Of a DNA stretch of 64,000 nucleotides, positions 10,333 through 22,731 are shown one piece after another. Within the stretch, counting starts at the first letter, position 1; each line of letters starts with the position of its first letter. The translations under genes and the position numbers were made by a program. The stretch comes from Sporopachydermia quercuum (lineage: Eukaryota), in the NCBI GenBank assembly GCA_001599295.1, contig BCGN01000002.1, positions 124,001 to 188,000 on the forward strand, given 5' to 3'. The notes below the pieces were generated by a model. The model was given only the letters and a program-made list of their open reading frames with translations. It did not search any database and was not told the DNA's origin.

Positions 10333-12216
10333 ATGGATGATCTACAGAATCTACGTATTTCCGTCATATCAGGCGGAACAGCTACCAATGAGTTGGTTCC
10401 AATTCTCACATCTCTTACAAAACATCTAACTTTCATTCTACCAGTATCCGATAATGGAGGCTCTACCTCTGAACTGATCCGAGTCGTAGGTGGTCCAGCT
10501 ATCGGAGATCTCCGGTCTCGTATCACCCGACTGATTCCAGCTGAGGAAGAAGCTCTACGGAAGCTATTTTCATATAGGTTTCCCAGAGACGCTCGGAAGG
10601 CAAAACATGAATGGAACGACCTTGTAGAAGGGTCTCATTTTCTATGGAATGATGTCCAGCAACAACTGAAGGAGCTCTTGAGAGCTTTTCTTATTCACGT
10701 ACATGTCGAACTGTTGAAACGGAGTAGGCCTAATAGAGAGTTCCGCTTTGAGCTAGCCAGCGTGGGGAATTTGTTTCTCACAGGTGCACGTTTATTTTGC
10801 GGGAGTCTTGATAGTGCTATCGAGCTGTTTCTAAGGGTTGTACGGGTGCCTGAAGGCATAGAAGTGTTACCATGCTTGAATACTAACTTCACGCACCACA
10901 TATCTGCTTTGCTAGAGGATGGCACAGTAATAACAGGCCAGAGTCAAATTTCTCATCCAAGTGTACGTTCTGGAGGTACTGGAGGTACTGGAAGCTCTTG
11001 GGGGTCTGTCGGAGTGTCTGTAGTAACTCCTGGGGATACTCCTGGGAGCGGATCTGCTGTTGTTAATAGCTTACATGATAACTCCAGTGTATCATGCGAA
11101 GTGTGTAAATTCAGTGGTAAATACTGTACCAGCTGTAACACGGGAAACAGAGAATTATTGGTAAAAGCTGTCAAGAAATGCGCTAACAATTATCCTCATA
11201 CTCATGACGTTCACTGCGTATCCTTTGATAATGCTACCAATGCTCCACCAATTGACCCCACAAGACCTTCAACCCCTATGCCAAGATTGTCTTCCAATGG
11301 TGATTCATATAGGGCGTCGCTAGAAGAAGATGCTAATCCTCCCTATACTCATCCAGACCTCAGAATTTCACAACTGCATTTTTCAAAAACAGATGATCAA
11401 ATACCTTTACAGGCCCCTGTGAATCGTATATTTTATATATCACCATATGGTCAGGAGATACATCCTAGAGCTCATTCGCGTGTTATAGAAGCATTGGAAA
11501 ACTGTGACGTGGTGTTGTATAGTATTGGTAGCTTATTTACGTCTACAGTGCCAGTGCTTATATTACAAGGGGTTGGAGAAGCTATAAAGAATGATAGTTT
11601 CATAGATAGGAGGTCCGTTAGAAAGCCTGGTAGGGAAGGCACTATAAGCATCAGTAGTAGAAGTAACAGCAATAGGAGCAGCAATAGGAATATAGCTAGT
11701 GCTGATACCAATAATACGGTCAATACCGACAACTCAAAAACTACTACTTCTACTTCTGATTCTACTTCTACAGGTTCAAAATCTCCTAACCCAACTCCTA
11801 CGAAATCTCCACGACTGAGAATCCTGTTATTAAATGGAGCTCTTGATAGAGAAACATCTACGTTAGATGCTACAGGCTTTGTCCGTGCTATAGTAAATGC
11901 AGCTTTATATAGTATTAATGGATCATACGANGAACCGAGAGACTCAGCAGTGGTAAAATCTTCCTCTNCTTCTGTTTCTGACACCGATGCAGAAAACTGG
12001 GACTCTTTTATTACGCATATTCTTTATATTAATACTAATGCTGTGGGCAATCAAGCTGGAGTAGGAATTGGGATAAACATAGAAGAACTGAATGCCAGGG
12101 GAATAAAATGTTATTCTGTGAAAGGTGAGGTGAGTGGTCCGAACAGCACTTCAATTAGATATGATTTGGTTGATTTGAAGAATGTTCTATCGAATATAAT
12201 TACCGGAGAGAGGTAG
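10333..12216 (+). CDS. CofD/UPF0052 (YvcK-like) family protein, YNL011C-like
   Basis: ISGGTATN, LPVSDNGGSTSELIRVVGGPAIGDLRSR, SVGNLFLTGARLFCGSLDSAIELF, GQSQISHP, YSIGSLFTS and LLLNGALDRET motifs. Confidence 0.9.
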   Translation: MDDLQNLRISVISGGTATNELVPILTSLTKHLTFILPVSDNGGSTSELIRVVGGPAIGDLRSRITRLIPAEEEALRKLFSYRFPRDARKAKHEWNDLVEGSHFLWNDVQQQLKELLRAFLIHVHVELLKRSRPNREFRFELASVGNLFLTGARLFCGSLDSAIELFLRVVRVPEGIEVLPCLNTNFTHHISALLEDGTVITGQSQISHPSVRSGGTGGTGSSWGSVGVSVVTPGDTPGSGSAVVNSLHDNSSVSCEVCKFSGKYCTSCNTGNRELLVKAVKKCANNYPHTHDVHCVSFDNATNAPPIDPTRPSTPMPRLSSNGDSYRASLEEDANPPYTHPDLRISQLHFSKTDDQIPLQAPVNRIFYISPYGQEIHPRAHSRVIEALENCDVVLYSIGSLFTSTVPVLILQGVGEAIKNDSFIDRRSVRKPGREGTISISSRSNSNRSSNRNIASADTNNTVNTDNSKTTTSTSDSTSTGSKSPNPTPTKSPRLRILLLNGALDRETSTLDATGFVRAIVNAALYSINGSYXEPRDSAVVKSSSXSVSDTDAENWDSFITHILYINTNAVGNQAGVGIGINIEELNARGIKCYSVKGEVSGPNSTSIRYDLVDLKNVLSNIITGER

Positions 12217-14326
12217 GAAACTGGAGAAATATGGATGATGAGTTAGAAGAGTAAGAATAGGACTAGGATTAATGAACAGGAATACAATAAGACTTAGGAC
12301 AAGTAGGGTGGTACATTATGTGGTAGGGCATTGTATGCATAGTTTCATGGTACAATCCATATATCAAAAGATGAAAAAATCATTGTTTAAATTGAATGAT
12401 AATTGAACATCAGGAGAGAATAACGCTATTCTACTGTTAATATATTTCGATTGACATCCCGGAACCATTCTATCCTTACTTCTCCCTGAATTATATCGGA
12501 TTAATCCATTGACCTTCAATAATGAAACTCTGGAGTCTTTTGACTCACAACTGAACATTTCATGTTGATTGTGTTGATTGTATCAATAGTGATCTTTATC
12601 TTTTAGACAAATAGTGAACTACGTCCCTACTTCATCATGTGACATTCTGGTGTAAATGTAAAACGAATATCTGAATAGAGATTACCAAAACTGTATATAC
12701 AGCACAATATAAAACCGAAATTTCAGTTACAAATCTAGANCAATCTCTAAATTCATCTAGAAAAATAATTGTGCTTCTATTTCATGCTCAGAAAGCTTCG
12801 AAATTAACAGGTTTGTTAAAAAGAATTGGATAAAAGGATATACTTGATTTCCTTTAGATGGCAATTTCAATTATTCTTTGGTTTCCATTTAATTTACAGT
12901 TTATATGAAACTTCAGCTGTTATCGCTGTTTCCTATTTACCACGAAATTTCAATTCCTGGTTTTGTTTCTTTATTTGGTAGATAAACTCCACATGTATTG
13001 CTCTCTTTAGCTGTTAGATATTTTTTCTGTTACTATATTTATAGGTTCTGCTGGGAGATAATAGGGAGTTATTATATGCGGTAAGATAGTAATTGAGTCT
13101 CTCCTGAAGGTAGTAAAAGCAGTCTATAAGAACACTATNGTAGCTTTTTTCTGCTAACTATTAAAGATAAATGACGCTTGAAATATTGAATGGAAATCGG
13201 AACAATCGTATATTCAATAAGTCTTTTTGGTTTAAGTAGCAACTGACTCTATAACTAAGTTAAACTCCTTGCTGATCATAGGAAGCATACAGGGTTTCTA
13301 GATTGCAGTAATGTAATAGGTTTATTGAAAAATAATTACATGTTAATCGCGATTGATAGATGGAAGTAGTTTCTGATGAGGTAACAAATTTCTCTCTCCA
13401 TTGCTGCATTGGAGGCTGCATTGAAGGTAGCAAATAATTGGAACTATTTTATGAAAAAGCGATTCTTTGTAATTGAACACTGACATTGCACTTCAAGTAC
13501 AAGCTTATTACCTCACTAAACGGTCTGGATTCTAACTTTACAGCAAATTTTGTTATAATGCAGGAAGATAGTTCATTATAATACTGACAGCAACTGGGAA
13601 CCTTGCAAACGTGACGTTTAGAGTTAAGCGAATATGGCAACTAAACTCCACCTGAAATTGAGCTTCGGTGTTAAAACAAGTAATAATGATTACAGAAGGC
13701 TGTACCCAAACCTAACTTTAACCTTATTTTTTGCAAGAATAAAGCCAACTCCGTAGTTTTCAACTTCCTGTTTCTGGTAGTTATAGTGAAACTGAAATTT
13801 TCTAATTGCGCCACTCTCTAGAATATAGGAAATGTTTTTAACTAAAAATAGTACATTTTTGACATAAACTTCAACTAAATGCTCACTAGTACAACTTTAA
13901 TTAAAAAGCAACCTTCTCCAATCTAAACGCGTTTCTGATAAGAAAGTCAATTATTCATAGCTTTCATAACTTCTCGGGGGTCATTCTCGAGCTCATTTGC
14001 GTTTGTATGCATGTCATCTTGCCGCTGTAATTCTTCGCAGTTACACATTACGTGGAACTGAAAAGCTATGAACAATAGTACACAATACAATACATTACAA
14101 GTAAATAATTGCTAAAGAGCTTACCTTCTAATTTATCTGGGTTACTCTCATAAGACTACATGGGATTGATTGTTTAATCGATTGATTCGTTGATTGATGG
14201 TTTGATTCGTTTGTTGCTTATTGTCAATTGTTGATACCGATTAGTATTTGTTCGCATGAATCTACATTTAAATTCCATTCTGAATACACATATTCATATA
14301 TAAATACGAATAATTAATTTACAACA

Positions 14327-15160
14327 ATGCCTTCCAGTATTGAATCAAACCTGAAAGCACAAGCTGTTGTCTTTACAGATTTTGATGGAACTGTCACATT
14401 ACAAGATTCTAATGATTATATGACAGATACTCTTGGGTACGGTGTTGAAAGAAGACGATTCTTGAATCTACAATGTTTGGAAGGGAAATGGACTTTCAGA
14501 GATGCTTTCAAAGACATGTTGGATTCTGTTAACGAACCTTTTGACAAGTGCGTTGAGATTTTGAAAGAAAGTAAGTAAACGTCGAAAATCTTGGAGATCG
14601 ATGATATGCTTGTCTCTTTCCCTTCTCATAGAGCGGAATAACTAACTATTCCCTGATTAGATATTTCACTTGACCCAGGATTCAAAACATTTTACGATTA
14701 CTGTACAGAGAATGGAATTCCTGTTATTGTTGTATCGAGTGGCATGCAACCAATCATTAGAGCTTTGCTTGCGGAACTTGTAGGAGAAGAAGCAGCGAAA
14801 GATATTGAAATAATATCGAATGATGTTGATATTAAGCCTGATGGATCATGGGATATTGTCTATCGAGATGAAACATCGTTTGGACATGATAAGTCAAAAG
14901 CAATTAGACCATATAATGGTAAACCAGTTGGTGAAAGACCCATTTTATTCTATTGTGGTGACGGCGTTTCTGATTTGAGTGCTGCTCGCGAAACTGATTT
15001 ATTGTTTGCTAAGACTGGTAGAGATTTGGTAACTTACTGTGATCGTGAGCATGTTCCTTATACGCTATTTGATTCATTCGATGATATTTTAAAGAAAGTG
15101 AAAAAAGTTGTTGATGGAGAGGTTAGTGTTGATGGGTTGGTTGATAATAAAAAAAATTGA
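14327..15160 (+). CDS. PYP1: HAD-superfamily polyol (sugar alcohol) phosphate phosphatase, YNL010W-like; exons 14327-14570 and 14661-15160
   Basis: FTDFDGTVTLQDSND (HAD motif I), VVSSGMQPII, FGHDKS, YCGDGVSDLSAA. Intron 14571-14660 (GTAAGT..ACTAAC..TAG) restores the frame (KE-N-ISLDPGFK). Confidence 0.9.
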
Positions 15161-15761
15161 GAAAATTTTGAGAAATTTGTACGTTGATCTGAAATATTAT
15201 TATAGTGTTACACAACAAGGAAAGATTCTAAAGAAGGAGAGTCAAGAACGATGGAATATTGTTTAGTAAACAGTAATATGTATGAAAATTTGCACAACTG
15301 ATGGTTGTAATCATGGGAATATACATANATTGATGATTGAATAAAATAGGTGTAGTTGCTGTTGGTATAATATAGCTTCTATCTTGACTTTACATTCTCC
15401 TAATGTGAGTGGTATGATTTCCAGCAGAAATCGTTATTCAGGTTGATCAACGAACCTCCGAAGATACTGTTAAGCTATGGTTAACAGCATTAATACCGTT
15501 GAAGTTCAACTTCAATTTCAGTTTGAACTTCTAGTACGATCAAGAACATCTTTTTTGGTTGCTTTACGACTTATTTTCTACGAAACATTGATTGAAAAGA
15601 ANATCCCTTTATTAACCCACCGATAATTATAATATGTATGCAAATTGAAAATGAATGAATGAAGCGAATAATGCTAATAATGCTAATGCTAGTAGTTTGA
15701 TAATGCAGAGTTATGATACAACAGCTTCCAATGCTTCTATGATTATGTTCGTATTTGAAGT

Positions 15762-16970
15762 TCAATTCTTCCACGATCCAAGATATCCATGAGATACATA
15801 ACAATATTCGTGATGAGGTAAATAGTCAAAACATTTGAATGAAACTTCCGGTAATAAAACAACATCGTCAAATGCAATTGGTTCAACCATACCAGTCAGA
15901 TTCTTGTATGTTATCTGGTTTTCATGACCAGCAGGAATAGCAGGTCCATGAATCTCAGAAGGAGTGAAAGGTTTTGAATGGTAATCGACGATCTTGGGAT
16001 CATCTAATGAATTGAGGTATCTAAAAATTGTATCAGTAAACATACCAGGACCTGCCCAATCCATAACGTTAACACCTTGACTTAAAACATTTCTCGAATC
16101 GCTTTCCGGTCTTAGATGATTAACTTCGACGTATTGAGACATTCTTACTGCTTTTGAAATAAGCATTGCGACTAATGGGTGATGAGGTTTTGATCTGATT
16201 GTCCACTGAGTGAACTGAACTCTTCTTGGCATATATTCATAGAAATTATCCATGTTGTTATCGGCTTCAACTGCAGCATAAAAACCATAGTCAGAATTGT
16301 TAACTTGGATCCATTCATCAATTGGTTTAACTAATGAAACATCAACGTCTGCATAGACTCCACCAAAAATGTATAGCAATAGGTATCTTGCAAAATCTGC
16401 TCTAACAACATGATGAGGCATGCTCATGTAAGCAGCATAAACTTCAGGGATCTTTTTAGCAAAATTAGCTCTGATGATCTCTTCAACTTCAGCGTCAGTA
16501 AGTCTGGCATAGAAGTAATCAGAACCCATATCTTGCCATGTACCGACAGACTCTAATAAGTTGTCAGGAATTTCATGTTTTGAGAGATCTTGTTCAATAT
16601 TGTATTCGTTGATTTCATCACGTTTCACTTTTGTGTTTTCAGCTTCTGGCTTAGAGAAATCTAGCCATAATTGAATGATGTTCTTTGGCACTGGTGAGTT
16701 TTTAATATCATCTGTATAAGGGAAGTGTCTGGCTAGTTTTGCTTCAAGATCTTCTTGAATTGAGTATGAGATTGGTAATGATTGTTGATTCGTGAAGGGT
16801 AACTCCAATGTTGTGTTTCTAAGGAAAGCGTANTACAATAAAACTACTAGGGTGATTACTGGTAGACCGTAATCCCATACCAATGGCTTGATTTTTCTGA
16901 ACGTTTGAGATTTCTTTGAAGGTGTCTTGATACCATAAAATGGATCACCTTTTCTTGCTTGAGAAGCCAT
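15762..16970 (-). CDS. OCH1/HOC1-family alpha-1,6-mannosyltransferase (GT32), type II membrane protein
   Basis: N-terminal TM anchor, VPKNIIQLW, RADFARYLLLYIFGGVYADVD (DXD), QFTQWTI..KPHHP, WAGPGMFTD, HGYLGSWK. Confidence 0.88.
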   Translation of the reverse strand: MASQARKGDPFYGIKTPSKKSQTFRKIKPLVWDYGLPVITLVVLLXYAFLRNTTLELPFTNQQSLPISYSIQEDLEAKLARHFPYTDDIKNSPVPKNIIQLWLDFSKPEAENTKVKRDEINEYNIEQDLSKHEIPDNLLESVGTWQDMGSDYFYARLTDAEVEEIIRANFAKKIPEVYAAYMSMPHHVVRADFARYLLLYIFGGVYADVDVSLVKPIDEWIQVNNSDYGFYAAVEADNNMDNFYEYMPRRVQFTQWTIRSKPHHPLVAMLISKAVRMSQYVEVNHLRPESDSRNVLSQGVNVMDWAGPGMFTDTIFRYLNSLDDPKIVDYHSKPFTPSEIHGPAIPAGHENQITYKNLTGMVEPIAFDDVVLLPEVSFKCFDYLPHHEYCYVSHGYLGSWKN

Positions 16971-17641
16971 TATTCCTACGTGGGTTGAATTTCAATGTCT
17001 AGTGTGTCTATTGTGTGGTAGGATTTATTACTGTTCTTTGTGAAAGGAAATTGTTCTGATTGATATAGGAGAAGAAGAAGAGAGAAGAGGAATTGAAAGA
17101 ACCAGAGCAGAAAAATAGAAGCTAGCAGTTGGAGCTGGCAATAGTGGACCCCCTTCAATATATATAGAAGTTTTTTNTTTCAGTTCTTCAGAATGGAAAT
17201 AAATGGCTTACAATAGAGTGTCCCAAATATTGTTTCATCATTAAAGGAGCACTAAACTGTAATTAGCGTTAGAAACAAGTAATTATTTAAAGTTTAGGGA
17301 ATATCTTTGAAAGTGGACAGTGATGATAATATAAATAGTATTGCCCAATTAGTTTTTATCTGAAACATTACGCCAAGTTAATTTAAGGTTCGGTAAATCC
17401 GAGAGCAAATGAATCAATTGTTGTAGGAATAATATTGCTTAGATGTATTGAAACTTTAATTTTTATTTCACTAAGAAGCAATGCTAGTGATCCATTCAGG
17501 CAATAACTCTACGATACCAGTGAAATTACAAATAAACTCAACTCAGTAGAAATATCATATCCGTCGCAGGGTGATTGCGGATTAATTGCTTTAGTTGACG
17601 AAAATATAGTGGACAGGACAATCGAGAGAAAGCGGGCTGAC

Positions 17642-19400
17642 AATTCAATTGATATTGATGGAATACTGACATAGATTGCTGAAGAACATTCTGATATAGG
17701 AAAATATGGTCAGAGAGAGCAGCACAAAGGAACTTAACGCTTGCAGTGCAGCTTAAACTAATAGTAAGAGCAATGAAACGATTGTTGTTATAACAATTCA
17801 AAGCGAACTATTCATTTATCTGATGACGGTAACGTCTCATTGAGGACAGTGAAACGCTCAAAGAAACAAAAACTAAAGCACGTCCTATTCTCCACTACAT
17901 TTCCCTTCATTAACCAGAAAAGTGAAATATCTGGATCTAGAAGCAGATAAATTGTATTTCAGTGGCCGTAATAACAATGGAACAAGAATCATTATTACTT
18001 AAATAGGTGAAGGCATATAGCCAAGCTCCCATTTTGGTCCTTGCTACCACAGAAAAACTCCATTGTTGGCTAATGAAATTACAAGAGTCCCATTTTCGCT
18101 GAGATTCTACAAAGGTTACTTATTGTGGAAATGAATGAATTCTTGGTTAGTTCTAAAACTTTAATAATTTTGAACGATTTCCAAAATTGGGTATAGTAAA
18201 AACTTTATTGTATGTTTAATTGCCAAAGTCATTCAACAATATATGGAAATCTTTCAAAGACTTTTCATCGAAAGAAAAATGTTCCTGGTTTTGATCGGTG
18301 ACAGAATAAACTGACTTGCAAGAAAAAATTCACACTATTCACCCCACATTTGCTTGATAAAACATGATTCTAATCAATATTGTTTCAGCTTGATAGTATA
18401 AAATAGATATTCTATGTGAAAGTATACAACATTTATATGATGAGTCTCTCAGATATGCAGACAAATGCCTGTTATATCATACAAATAATGATTTGTTGTA
18501 ATGATCATATTAATTTGAACGACTATGGTTCGATTGAGGTTCACCTGGAGAGACATAAATTATAGAGGTCTACAATTCAATTAATATGAAACACGGTATA
18601 GTATATATCCATAAATGTGATAACTTCGAGTTTTATTAAATGAAGAGTGTTAAAATTCATTATTCCTTAAATCTAACTTCCACGAATTCTATTTGGAATT
18701 AACTTTGTTACCTAATTAGTAAGAAATTCTTCGCATTAGCCGGAAAAGGACCATTTGAGTAGATATACCTGAAATGACTGTGTAAAAGACATAATAGGTG
18801 AAATAGTCATTTAGAGAGAAGGAAAGTATAATAATAATGAATTGGAGAAACCAATTAGACTAATTCCATTGAAGAAGTATGGTAATTTCATTGTATAATC
18901 AACCGCGATATTGACTCCATATATATTAGAGCAATATTTGGAAGAAATGAAGTTTCATCAGTACCAAAACTACAGTCATTCTTGAATTATAATAGCGTAG
19001 GCAGATTCAACAACATGTTGTGAGAAATTGCAAAAGTTAAAACTCAGAGTTAAACTTTGAGGTTGTTCTTTGTATTATCCAGATTCAAATATCAAAATTA
19101 TTACGCAACTCCCTTCTCACACTGCGTACCTGTAAAACAAGGAAGTAGATGGAAAAGTAAGTAATATTAATGACGTTTACAAACAAAAGATACCAAATTA
19201 GGTAGAACGTTAAAAAACCGTTTGAACTTAAATCTTATGTGATATTTCTAGAAACTTATTCAACTGTTTGTCGTGGGCAAATGAAATTCATTCTAGTTGG
19301 TCTTCGATTCCAAGAAGAAAATGGCTATCATGGTTTCAATATACCTTTTCTGGTTTCTAGGTATGAACCATAATTCATTGGGATTTCACTACCCATTTAG
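17642..19400 (+). pseudogene. Decayed F-box-like gene relic A (3' end approximate)
   Basis: Stop-interrupted peptides: GILT*IAEEHSDIGKY (from 17660), KARPILHYISLH*PEK*NIWI (~17875-17935), IPN*VE (~19190). Resembles relics B and C. Confidence 0.3.
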
Positions 19401-19840
19401 ATATTATTAAGAGTCAAATTAATTTCCTCATTATAGCATGGAAAGGCATTTGAAATCGATATCGATAAAGAGATTAATGATAACAGTGAGTTGAAGCCAG
19501 GAAAGGTTAGCGCAAGTAAATCGAATCAGGAAGTCACTTTAATTTTAATTTGTTCACTATGAGATTATTTAGAAGACTAGTGAAAGTAAAATCACGAATA
19601 ACTAGACTATTACTGTTAAGGTCCAAATACAGTAGAGTAGTAGACGGTTCAGAACAAGAACATATATTATAAGCAAGGTGAACATTATATTATAGTCCTA
19701 CACTTGTACATTTCGAAACCTTCACCCTGATTTTTTCTTCTTCGTTTTCGCTCATAAGGCCAACAGTTGATGATGTATGATCTTAATGCATCTAGATTGA
19801 TAGGGCGATGTTTAGAGCGACTGTGTGGCATTCACTAACC

Positions 19841-19841
<1 letters not shown>

Positions 19842-19879
<38 letters not shown>

Positions 19880-19906
19880 ATAATAAAATAAAAATAAAAA
19901 TAAAAA
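19842..19906. repeat. 36-nt poly(dA) tract followed by TAAAA(A) repeats
   Basis: A36 at 19842-19877, then GAATAATAAAATAAAAATAAAAATAAAAA. Confidence 0.95.
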
Positions 19907-20799
19907 GATGTCAGAGATAAAGACCCCACTTATAAGCATTCTGGTTGATGCTATACATTGAATACTCGACTCGGGCAACGAATTTTCAAATCCCATTCAA
20001 TCAAAACGGTGTTCGAAAAACTCTCATTCATCTAAATGAACTCTTTCCTTATGATTCGGACTCCTTATACTGATAAAACCTGAGTAAGTACTACCTCAAT
20101 TACCTGGAAGAGTAGTACATGTACTTTTCTTACAGTTGATTCCCCATGTTATAGATAATTAGTAGTGCTACTATAATCTAATTTCAATCTAGTTAACTAC
20201 TCCACTTGGCTCCACAACGCGAAGGGACAGTAATACCTCCGAAATTTCCCACTGCAGTAATTTTACTCATTCTCCTTTCCTTTCCTGAAGGAAATAATTG
20301 TATATTTGAAGATATAGATAAGTTAGTTTTGCCTTTCAAATTCAAGCTTATAGATGTAAGGTACAAGAATGAAAGATTGTTTCTCTGAGCATAATTGAAA
20401 GAATAATATCGGAAAATTGAAGGGTTCAGGTTGTGAACTAAATGTTGTTCTTTTTTGGTGAAGCTATTGAGTCAAGTTTGTTCTTAAAGTTATGGTGTAA
20501 CTTGTACTTGAAATACTAAACTTAACTTATACTCCAATGAGTTTGATTGCCATTTTGAAGCAGTTTTAGAGTTTAGAAATTCTTCTACTTATGCTACCTA
20601 CCCTTTTAAGAAATCATAGAATGTCTACTACCAAACTAAGTAATTGTGGTATCAGAAAGTGGTGAAGTATTTCCTAAATAAGTAATACCAAATAAGAGTT
20701 ATATCCGATAATGGTATTTCACTTGACGATGGATTGAATCTCCGTAAACACTTGAGCCATATTGGAAGAAAGGGGACAAGAGAGAGAAGGAGAAAAGCT

Positions 20800-22125
20800 A
20801 TTATTNTGTTGGTCAGTTTACTCTGGGACATTCCTAGTAATATCTGCCTCCTTCTTGTGAAAAAACTCCCTATAATTCAATTCACAAGATGAAAGTACAT
20901 TGCATTTGAGATCATACTTCTTTGTCTGCTATACTTCGAAGGTTCATACATAGTTATGTATACTACATTAGATATATCTCATTCTCGTGAATTAGGCATA
21001 TTCAAGAGCTTTAGACAGAAAATATGAGTGATCTCGTCGACCTTAGAAATGACGAATTAAAGAATACTCTATAGGAAAGGCCAGATCTTCTTAACATACA
21101 GTTTAATACTCTTTCAGTGGCTTCCCTTTTTGAAATATAACTAATTCCATATCTGTAGCTCGTCCAAGACATAATGCCTTAGGAAATTCCTATTTCCACT
21201 TTCAAGAAACTAATCTTTGGAGGTGAGGCTCCCAAGCTTTGAAATGAGTCTTTGTTTCAAGGTTTCAATAGAGTTAATGTACCTCAAATTTGGAACTTAA
21301 CAGATTATTCTTCGATCAAACTGACACTAAACTCTCATTTACAATGTATTTTTCTTTTAGCATAAAAGTTAGCGCTGTCACCGTGGTTGATCATCAAATC
21401 AGGAAATTATAATACAATCGCGAGCTCTTTCATTAGTTTTCTGTGCAAAGGTCGTATATGTATGTGTCTTTATCTGGTAAAACCGAAGAATCCTTGGTTN
21501 CTCAAATAAATAATACAACGTAACAAAAATAGTTTAATACTCTTATACTGAACATCTCGCAAATCAGGCACACATTCGTCTTTTTTGTTGGGTTAACATA
21601 TTGGTCATCCTTCTATGTTTGCAGAGTATCAAATATATTTCAACTTACGTACTAAGATTGAATATCTTATAGAGATCTTCAACATCGAACCATCACTCGA
21701 TAAATAAAGACAAGTTCAGCAAAAAGATTACAGATAGTGGTTGAGAGATGGTTTCAATACAATGAACTCGCCTATTCTAGGGTATTGGGTTCAATACAAT
21801 TAAACCAATATATACTGGTAGATTCTTGACCTGACGAGAGCTACAGAGGTAGTTAGATGTTAATAATAAATGCATGTCGTTGTACATAAAGAGTCTTTTT
21901 TGTCTTTTCCAACTAAACAGGGAGATTCGATTGAATATACAACTTCAGCAGGAAACCACTACGTTTCCCAGGTTAATCTCACAATCTAACATTCTAATTC
22001 TTATTACCACCATAACAACCGTATTCCCTTGAAGTATTTGTAATTATGAATGTCCATCCTGATTCCATCTGTTTACTTCTTCTTGAACTTCCAAGGGAAA
22101 TCTATTCAGTCCCTTGGCGCAATGG
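20800..22125 (-). pseudogene. Decayed F-box-like gene relic B (3' end approximate)
   Basis: Minus-strand fragments with stops and frameshifts: KGLNRFPLEVQEEVNRW (F-box-like), *PGKRS/WFPAEVVYSI (frameshift), VPNLRYINSIETLKQRLISKL...D*FLESGNRNFLRHYVLDELQIWN* (from 21296). Confidence 0.35.
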
Positions 22126-22731
22126 TATTCTATTCAATTATTTACAAGTTTGAACTAAACCCACCAGTCAGAGGAACAGCCGTTATTTCAATTTCCACTT
22201 TCGATATAGCGCATTGAACTAAATCCACTGCTTAGAAGTAAACGCGTTAACCGTCTAACAACTCAGATTATCAGGCGAAAACATTGAAGAAGAGATTGAA
22301 TTTTTAATTTTTTTTTCCCTGATGACAATAGTAATACTTTTATTGAAGATACAATAATAATACTCATACACTCATAGTGAACATGCTATCGATTATTTTA
22401 ATTGCCTGATTAGGCGACTACTTTCATATGCAAAACCATGCATGTTTCAAAACAATATGTGCTTTGTGCATATGAATGAATAGTATCTAGATACTCTTTG
22501 GAAGGTGTTTGGATGTATTTAATGTACGCGATAATCAATCCATTCAACATCAATTTGCTTATTGTGTTCTATGAACAAACTATCTTCTCAATCTTCTTAA
22601 TTGAATATACGTATTTATAGTTATAGTCGTTATCGTCATTTAATTTCATACTGATGATTGTATTAGCATTGATGTCTGCAATACCGAAAAGCATTTTAGT
22701 CTAGAAAACTCACATACATTCAGTTTGCGTG

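Noticed and set aside
12395..12565. Possible structured RNA downstream of the CofD-like gene (TCAGGAGAGAATAA...TTACTTCTCCCTGA pairing, CTGA boxes)
   Set aside because: Box C is non-canonical, terminal-stem geometry is wrong, and no guide is recognisable.
22108..22190. tRNA-like start GTCCCTTGGCGCAATGGTA (A-box-like)
   Set aside because: No B-box (GTTCRANYC) or cloverleaf follows. The opposite strand reads as the F-box-like relic B.
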